DNA from: a virus
Lineage: Duplodnaviria > Caudoviricetes
Direction: 5' to 3' (one strand)
Length of the DNA: 25,710 nt
Virus record (IMG/VR): IMGVR_UViG_3300025086_000209
Span: 1 to 25,710 of that record
Numbering within the stretch: position 1 is the stretch's first letter; each line of letters starts with the position of its first letter. A program made the translations under genes and the position numbers. Under the pieces are notes generated by a model, which was not told the DNA's origin, ran no database searches, and saw nothing but the letters and a program-made list of their open reading frames with translations. This document shows positions 17,401-22,953 of the stretch, one piece after another.

Positions 17401-20400
17401 GAAAAATGGTTGAGGTCAGAAGAAGAATTAGGAGAAGGTAAAGGAAGATTGCCAGAATTAATGCTTAACGAACAAGGCGATCCAACTGGTGGTGAATCTA
17501 GAGCAGCAATGGAAAAATCTTTTAGAAGGTTAAATGATTTATTAAATAAAAAACCTTTTAAAGAACTAGAAGAATTTATGAAAACTAAACACACAGCAAA
17601 AGAAGTTAATGAATTTGTTGGTTTAGATAGAGATGAAAAACAAATTAAAGTACCAAGTGATTTTAGTATGGGAGATATAGTCTATGGTTCTGCAATTATT
17701 GGGCCTAAAATTGGTAATGGTTTTTTTGCAAATTTATATGGAAATTATGAACAATTAACTGTAGATAGATGGGCTATGCGTACATGGGGTCGTATGACAG
17801 GTACGTTAGTTTTAGACAGAGAACGACTAGCAAAACAAAAAAGACAAAACATAAAGTCAATAATAAGAGCCTTAACTAAAGAACAAAAAAAAGCATACGA
17901 AGCATTAATAGGTAGAAAACTTTCATTAGGAGATATTGATAACGTAGCTTTAGCAATAAAAAATAAATCGGCAGGTAAAGGTGTGCCAATGCAGATGAAA
18001 ATGATAGCAAGGTTTGATGAAGATCAAAAAAATTACGATACATTTGTTGAAATAATGGGTCAACCTAGAAAAGGTGACGAAACAGTAAGTCTTGGTGATT
18101 TATTGCGTAAACAAGGTAATGGTTTAGCTAAAGACAATGATGGACAAAAAGAAACACCAAGTGGTCCTGTAGAACGTAGAAACATTGTCAAAGTATTTTC
18201 ACAAGTTTTAGAAATTTTAAATAAAGAATATCCAGATTTAACAATGGCTGATTTGCAAGCACTTGTATGGTATCCAGAAAAAAAATTATATGATTCTGCA
18301 AAATTAAAAGAAGCAGTTGTTGAAACAGGTTATGAGGATAATGAAGCACCTGATTACGCTAATGCTGCTGCCGGGTTTGTTGCTACAATGGGTATATCAG
18401 ATGATCTAATACAAAACACAATAAAAGAGGTTAATGATGAGTTACAGTCCGATGAGCAGTCAACAGGAATTCAACGAGATGATGATGGAAGAAGAGTTGA
18501 CGAAGGAGTTCGAGAAACTTACCAACAACAAGGTAGAGAAGACGCAAACATTGACGAAGGCACAGGACTCCCCCTTAACCCAGACGGAACAGTCACCGTC
18601 TACCATCACACCAGTAGAAGAAACGCAGAACGAATCAAAGCTACAGGTCAACTCAGAAGTGCTGGAGAACCTGATGTCTACGTTACCACCAGAGCTATCG
18701 CAGATACTGGATACGGCAATACAGCAGTTGCCATCAGGATCGACCCTTCTAGACTTAGTCTCGATGATGAATTCCCTAACGGACGAAAAGATTACAGACT
18801 CTCAGTTGGAAAGCCTAGAGGGTTTATTCGAGTAGATGTAGGAGAATATGTTGAAAAACAAAGTCAAATATTTTCACAACAACAAGTACCCGGAAGTTCA
18901 AGAGGTGGATTTGATCCAACTACATTAACTACTTTATTAACACAAGACTCAGACGTTTCTACATTTTTTCATGAAACAGCACACTATATGCTTAGTGTTT
19001 ATGAAGATTTAGTTAATCTAGATAATACACCACAAAAAATTAAAGATGATTTTCAAAAGTTATTAGATTTTTTTGGTGTAGAAAATCCAGAAACTTGGAG
19101 TAAATTATCACTTGAAGAAAAAAGAAAATATCACGAAGCATTTGCGTACAATTATGAAATTTATTTATTTGAAGGAAAAGCACCAGATACAAAATTACAA
19201 AGTTTATTTAATACGTTTAGTAAATGGTTAGGCAAAATATATAAATCAATTAGAGATGAATTAAATGTTATTTACAAACGTGAAAATGGTGTAGATTTAC
19301 CAATTCTTAATGATGAAATACGTGGTGTAATGGATCGCATGATTGCTAGTGAAGAAGCAATATCTCAAGCTAATTTAGTATTTGAAATGAAACCTTTGTT
19401 TGAAACACAAGAAAATAGCGGAATGAATGATACAGAATGGGCAGACTATACAAAAACAATGAAAGAAGCAGATGATAAAGCTATAGAAGAATTAAACAAA
19501 GCAAGTATGAAACAGATGGCATGGCTAGAAAAATCAAGAAATAAAGTATTAGAAAAGTTAAAAAGACAAAACAGAGCATTATTTAATAAAGTAAAAGCAG
19601 AAGAATTTGCAAAAGCACTTAAAGAAACTGCATATAGAGTTGAAGCTTATTTAAAACGTGGTGAAATAACTAACGACAATGGTCAAGTATTAGCAAAACT
19701 AGAAGGTGAAAATACAAACCGAATTAGTATTAAATCATTAGAAGATCTAATACCTTTTCACGACATGAAAAACGAAATAGCGCAATTACGCAGATTTCGT
19801 ATGGCTACAAAAAATGGTACACACGTAGCAATAATTTCAGAAATTTTTGGATATAAAACACCTATGGATATGATTAATGTTTTATTAGATTTAGAGCCAA
19901 TTAATCAATATGTAAAAGAAAAAACAGAAGCACGTATGTTGCAAGAATATAGTGGTTTGTTAGATCCACGAGAACAAGAATTAAAAGTACAAGAAGTATT
20001 GCATAATGAAGCAAGAGCAAAATTTATAGCTGTAGAATTAAAAGCATTATCTAAATCTATGCAACCAGTACGCAATCAGGTAGCTGCTGCAAAACAAGTC
20101 GCTCAAGAAATACTTGCAAAGAAAACACTTAGAGAAATAAGACCTTCTAGATTTTCACAACAAGAAGCAAAAGCAGTAAAATTAACAGAAGAAGCAATGA
20201 AAAAAGGTGAAGATGCATTAGCTATACAATACAAAAGATCACAATTATTAAATAATCAATTAGCAAAACAATCTGTAGAAATACATAGACAATATGACAA
20301 ATTTTTAAAAGGGCCAATCTCTTTAAAAAATAAATTTTTTCGTACTGATGGAAAAATAACAACTAAATCTAATCCAAGAAATATGGACATGATTAATGTT

Positions 20401-22890
20401 GGTAGAACTATTTTGGCTAGTTACAAATTAGGGCCAAAAGTAGATAATCCAAGAGTATACATAGAACAGATGAAAGAATATAACGAAGATTTATACAAAG
20501 AATTAAAACCTATTATTGATGATCAGATTAATAATAATAATAAAGATTTAAAAGATTTAACGTCAGCAGAATTTAATGATTTAGTTGAAGTAATTGAATC
20601 ACTTTGGTTTCAATCTAAAAGAATTGCACAATATAAATATGAAGGTGAAAGTTTATTAATAGATGCTGTAGTTGACGAGTCGCTTGAAACAATAAATAGA
20701 CTACCTGCTGCAAAAGAAAAAGGTGTTACAGAAGCTGCTACAAAATTAGATGAAATTCATACTGCTTTACAGAACCAAGCAAGTAGACTTACTACAATGG
20801 AAGCTTTTGCTGATCAAATAGATGGTGCAGATATTAAAGGTGGAGAAATAGGAGATGTTGTTTTAAGACGTAGTGATGGTATGGCAGGGCCAATTACAAG
20901 ATATATTTACAGACCAATAAAAAATGCACTTGATGCTTACCGTGTAGAACAAGTTAAATACACAAAAAAATATGCTGAAATGTTAGATTCTGTAGATTTT
21001 GGTGAAAATAGAATTTACTCAGGAGAATTAAATTATAACTTTGGTAAAGACAGTAATGGTAGAGGTAAAGTTGAATTACTTGGAGCTATGTTGCATACAG
21101 GTAATGAAAGTAATTTAAAAAAATTATTATTAGGTAGAAAATGGGGAAAATTAAATGAAGATGGTACTTTAGATAAAACAAGATGGACTACTTTTGTAGA
21201 GCGTATGGAAGCTGAAGGACATCTTACAAAAACTGATTATGATTTTATACAAAGCGTTTGGGATTTAACAGCAGATATGTTACCTATTGCACAAAGAGCG
21301 CATAAAGATATTTTTGGATATTATTTTAAAGTAGTAGAATTGAAACCTTTTACTAATAGATTTGGTACATATAAAGGTGGTTATGTACCTGCCAAAGTTG
21401 ACCCAAGAGTAGTAAAAGATGCAGAACGAAATGCCAAACTTGAAGATTTAAGATCTGAATTTAAACAGTCATTACCTTCTACAGGAAAAGGTTTTACAGA
21501 AACTCGTGTTGAATATAATAAAGCACTTTCATTACATTTAAATTCAATGGTAAAACATATAGATGATGTCTTGCGTTTTGCTGTAGTTCAACCTGTAATA
21601 GAAGACGTTTTAAAAGTAGTAAAAAATAAAAGATTTGCAGAAGCTTTAGAAACTGTAGCACCGGGCAAAATGGACTATACAATATTGCCTTGGTTAAATA
21701 CTTCTGCACGACAATTAACAATGTTGCGTGGACAAAATGCATTAGCAGATAAATTATTTAAATATGTAAAAGGTAGTTTCGGTCGCAACACTATGTTTGG
21801 TAATTTTCAAAATGCTCTACAACAATTTACAGGTTGGAGTCCTTCGTTAATTAAAGTAGAACGTAAACATCTATGGAGTGGTTTTAGAAAATACTTTAGT
21901 GAGCCAAAAGAAACATCTGAGTTTATTGCACGATTGTCACCTTTTATGGCAAATAGACAAGTAAATCAAATGTTTGACATACAAGAAACATTAAATGATT
22001 TAATTATAAATCCTAATAAATTTGTTCAAACAAAAGCATGGCTAAGACAACACGCATATTTTATACAAACTGCATTTCAAAACATGGTAGACGGTGTTAC
22101 TTGGATAGGTGCGTATAACCAATTTTTAACAAACAGACCTCAAGGATTAACAGAAGCACAAGCAAATAAAGAAGCTATAGCACAAGCAGATGCTGCCGTG
22201 CGTTTAACACAAGATAGTTTACAGCCAGAAGACAGAGCAGCCTATCAAACAGATACACCATTAATGCAATCTATGCTGCAATTTACAAGTTATTTCAACA
22301 CAATAGCTAATTTAGATCTTGGACAATATAAAAAACAAATTAGAGATATGGGATTTAAACCAAATAATAAAGGATCAGCACAACTGTTATACACATTTAT
22401 GTTTGGTTTATATCTACCTGCTGTCGTTTCTGGAATAATAGTGCAAACAATGGGCGGTAATTTACAGGACGCAGATGAAGATGGTTGGTTAGATGAAATA
22501 GCTGAAATAATGCTTATGGAGCCATTACGATTTGGCCTTAACTTTATACCCGGTGGTAACATTTTACCAGTACCTTTTAATGTGTTAAATGACAAACCAT
22601 ATGATGATCGTATTACTACTAGTCCTTCTATATCAAATATAGAAAGTTCAACGACAGGTAGTGTTCGTGCGTTGCAAGCTGTTATAGACCCTGATAAAGA
22701 AGTGTCAGGTAAGAACATAAGAGATGTATTTACTTTGTTATCGTTACTTAGTGATTTACCACTAACACTTATTGGCAGACCTTTAAGTTATTTTAGAGAT
22801 GTACAAAGTGGGGCTGTAACTCCAGATGGCCCTCTTGATTTTATTAGAGGTTTAGCTACAGGCAAAACAGGACGGAAACAAAGAAATTAA
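14461..22890 (+). CDS. Giant internal virion/ejection protein (T7 gp16-like position) with polyvalent-protein domains: ART-like, HhH-like, second ART-like, HExxH zincin-like
   Basis: 2809 aa. VVYHGT...GTGVYLT...GYDGVI...EIVVF (~16450-16925), GPKIG/TVDRW/LQALVW (17701-18270), TVYHHT...DVYVTT (18577-18800), STFFHETAH (HETAH 18970-18984). Confidence 0.85.
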   Translation: MENNPFLKSSEFTPNQNYDEEENNPFNKYFERENEKREELLKGMLKSVSEKDPERTGEAQRLSKELNLPEGVGLDSDEAFKLLKQKNQEQSISRRKLAQTNPVLLKQLNDRNFAALAHDDIPNLDKFPSLFDAVKGTPSNISQGLEAGKLDHEIGQLGYLLKDGFLDKDLPDGFAEFVTGGNFIGDKNEIRELIKEKEARRAELAADGSGFFESSARFLGQQWQTIPSATAFGIGSAKLAGKSPLLAGLSFGGGFATKMAIDGNIVSQGHSYLEYINTPGIDEEQAAIYSEGVGILNAGLEYLGFRFATAPARQFIKNRILKAGGAKIAKELTKPTTRAAFNTYGKQVLGAILGEANTEVGQEAVQVLGLELSKKFSEAELESLFATPEGWKEIGNRMGTTWLETVKGMTLIGLAGGSGNFYVNLSDAKKSVKETAFIEKINEEAKKSKVKKRNPDKFENYIQEVADGKEISNFYVDAVVFNQQLKDSGISVEQLELVLPEVADSVKDIEKSGGVGEIEIPVGKYGAKLAGTNFGELLKPNIRVFRKSKSQLEAAAILKEQDAEQATFRDMIMKQKQATEKLENETTQIKEAIQQQLKDTKLYSPNQVNLMSTLPRDFISTIAEDLGVSPREIFNKYYYNIEMTDNLNIPTRSLFDQNGLVKIDTPQFKEFFGKSKLKNADGTPQVVYHGTVDSIDRFDLDSPNRLDAGYLGTGVYLTDSKSLAQIYARNKQSKINSGRLKSNDSGAKIMELYARLENPYKATMEEKIQIRNGGRAASNAFRDKLEAEGYDGVIMPVLDGQEIVVFNTKAVKSIENSGTWSLETDNLYKQDLQLFAQRTKEQSKGKLVPQAVFQLARIVENFDFAKSKPFATNRQFKLEIQNRVKNEAKKGGVDVSKFTAEVEKYLVQTLLADANYALIENPNAIGWYNEKVTKAIRLLSLVYPKLATDTRHGFIFKWALATTSNGIKVDKNFEYAADVYEKWLRSEEELGEGKGRLPELMLNEQGDPTGGESRAAMEKSFRRLNDLLNKKPFKELEEFMKTKHTAKEVNEFVGLDRDEKQIKVPSDFSMGDIVYGSAIIGPKIGNGFFANLYGNYEQLTVDRWAMRTWGRMTGTLVLDRERLAKQKRQNIKSIIRALTKEQKKAYEALIGRKLSLGDIDNVALAIKNKSAGKGVPMQMKMIARFDEDQKNYDTFVEIMGQPRKGDETVSLGDLLRKQGNGLAKDNDGQKETPSGPVERRNIVKVFSQVLEILNKEYPDLTMADLQALVWYPEKKLYDSAKLKEAVVETGYEDNEAPDYANAAAGFVATMGISDDLIQNTIKEVNDELQSDEQSTGIQRDDDGRRVDEGVRETYQQQGREDANIDEGTGLPLNPDGTVTVYHHTSRRNAERIKATGQLRSAGEPDVYVTTRAIADTGYGNTAVAIRIDPSRLSLDDEFPNGRKDYRLSVGKPRGFIRVDVGEYVEKQSQIFSQQQVPGSSRGGFDPTTLTTLLTQDSDVSTFFHETAHYMLSVYEDLVNLDNTPQKIKDDFQKLLDFFGVENPETWSKLSLEEKRKYHEAFAYNYEIYLFEGKAPDTKLQSLFNTFSKWLGKIYKSIRDELNVIYKRENGVDLPILNDEIRGVMDRMIASEEAISQANLVFEMKPLFETQENSGMNDTEWADYTKTMKEADDKAIEELNKASMKQMAWLEKSRNKVLEKLKRQNRALFNKVKAEEFAKALKETAYRVEAYLKRGEITNDNGQVLAKLEGENTNRISIKSLEDLIPFHDMKNEIAQLRRFRMATKNGTHVAIISEIFGYKTPMDMINVLLDLEPINQYVKEKTEARMLQEYSGLLDPREQELKVQEVLHNEARAKFIAVELKALSKSMQPVRNQVAAAKQVAQEILAKKTLREIRPSRFSQQEAKAVKLTEEAMKKGEDALAIQYKRSQLLNNQLAKQSVEIHRQYDKFLKGPISLKNKFFRTDGKITTKSNPRNMDMINVGRTILASYKLGPKVDNPRVYIEQMKEYNEDLYKELKPIIDDQINNNNKDLKDLTSAEFNDLVEVIESLWFQSKRIAQYKYEGESLLIDAVVDESLETINRLPAAKEKGVTEAATKLDEIHTALQNQASRLTTMEAFADQIDGADIKGGEIGDVVLRRSDGMAGPITRYIYRPIKNALDAYRVEQVKYTKKYAEMLDSVDFGENRIYSGELNYNFGKDSNGRGKVELLGAMLHTGNESNLKKLLLGRKWGKLNEDGTLDKTRWTTFVERMEAEGHLTKTDYDFIQSVWDLTADMLPIAQRAHKDIFGYYFKVVELKPFTNRFGTYKGGYVPAKVDPRVVKDAERNAKLEDLRSEFKQSLPSTGKGFTETRVEYNKALSLHLNSMVKHIDDVLRFAVVQPVIEDVLKVVKNKRFAEALETVAPGKMDYTILPWLNTSARQLTMLRGQNALADKLFKYVKGSFGRNTMFGNFQNALQQFTGWSPSLIKVERKHLWSGFRKYFSEPKETSEFIARLSPFMANRQVNQMFDIQETLNDLIINPNKFVQTKAWLRQHAYFIQTAFQNMVDGVTWIGAYNQFLTNRPQGLTEAQANKEAIAQADAAVRLTQDSLQPEDRAAYQTDTPLMQSMLQFTSYFNTIANLDLGQYKKQIRDMGFKPNNKGSAQLLYTFMFGLYLPAVVSGIIVQTMGGNLQDADEDGWLDEIAEIMLMEPLRFGLNFIPGGNILPVPFNVLNDKPYDDRITTSPSISNIESSTTGSVRALQAVIDPDKEVSGKNIRDVFTLLSLLSDLPLTLIGRPLSYFRDVQSGAVTPDGPLDFIRGLATGKTGRKQRN
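18434..18835 (+). CDS. Candidate nested gene in +1 frame: 133-aa acidic helical protein
   Basis: AAGAGG precedes tandem ATGs (18434/18437). Stop-free for 133 codons, with amphipathic-looking helices. Coincides with a codon-usage anomaly in the host frame. Confidence 0.55.
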   Translation: MMSYSPMSSQQEFNEMMMEEELTKEFEKLTNNKVEKTQTLTKAQDSPLTQTEQSPSTITPVEETQNESKLQVNSEVLENLMSTLPPELSQILDTAIQQLPSGSTLLDLVSMMNSLTDEKITDSQLESLEGLFE

Positions 22891-22891
22891 A

Positions 22892-22926
22892 GGTGTGACC
22901 GTAATACAAAGATCTAAAGCTAACCT
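22892..22926 (+). promoter_or_regulatory. Putative phage promoter copy 4: GGTGTGACCGTAA-N16-TAACCT
   Basis: Directly after the stop of the giant gene. TAACCT at 22921-22926 precedes the tail fibre gene. Confidence 0.85.
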
Positions 22927-22953
22927 AAATAAGATAGTGAAGATGTCTAATTA

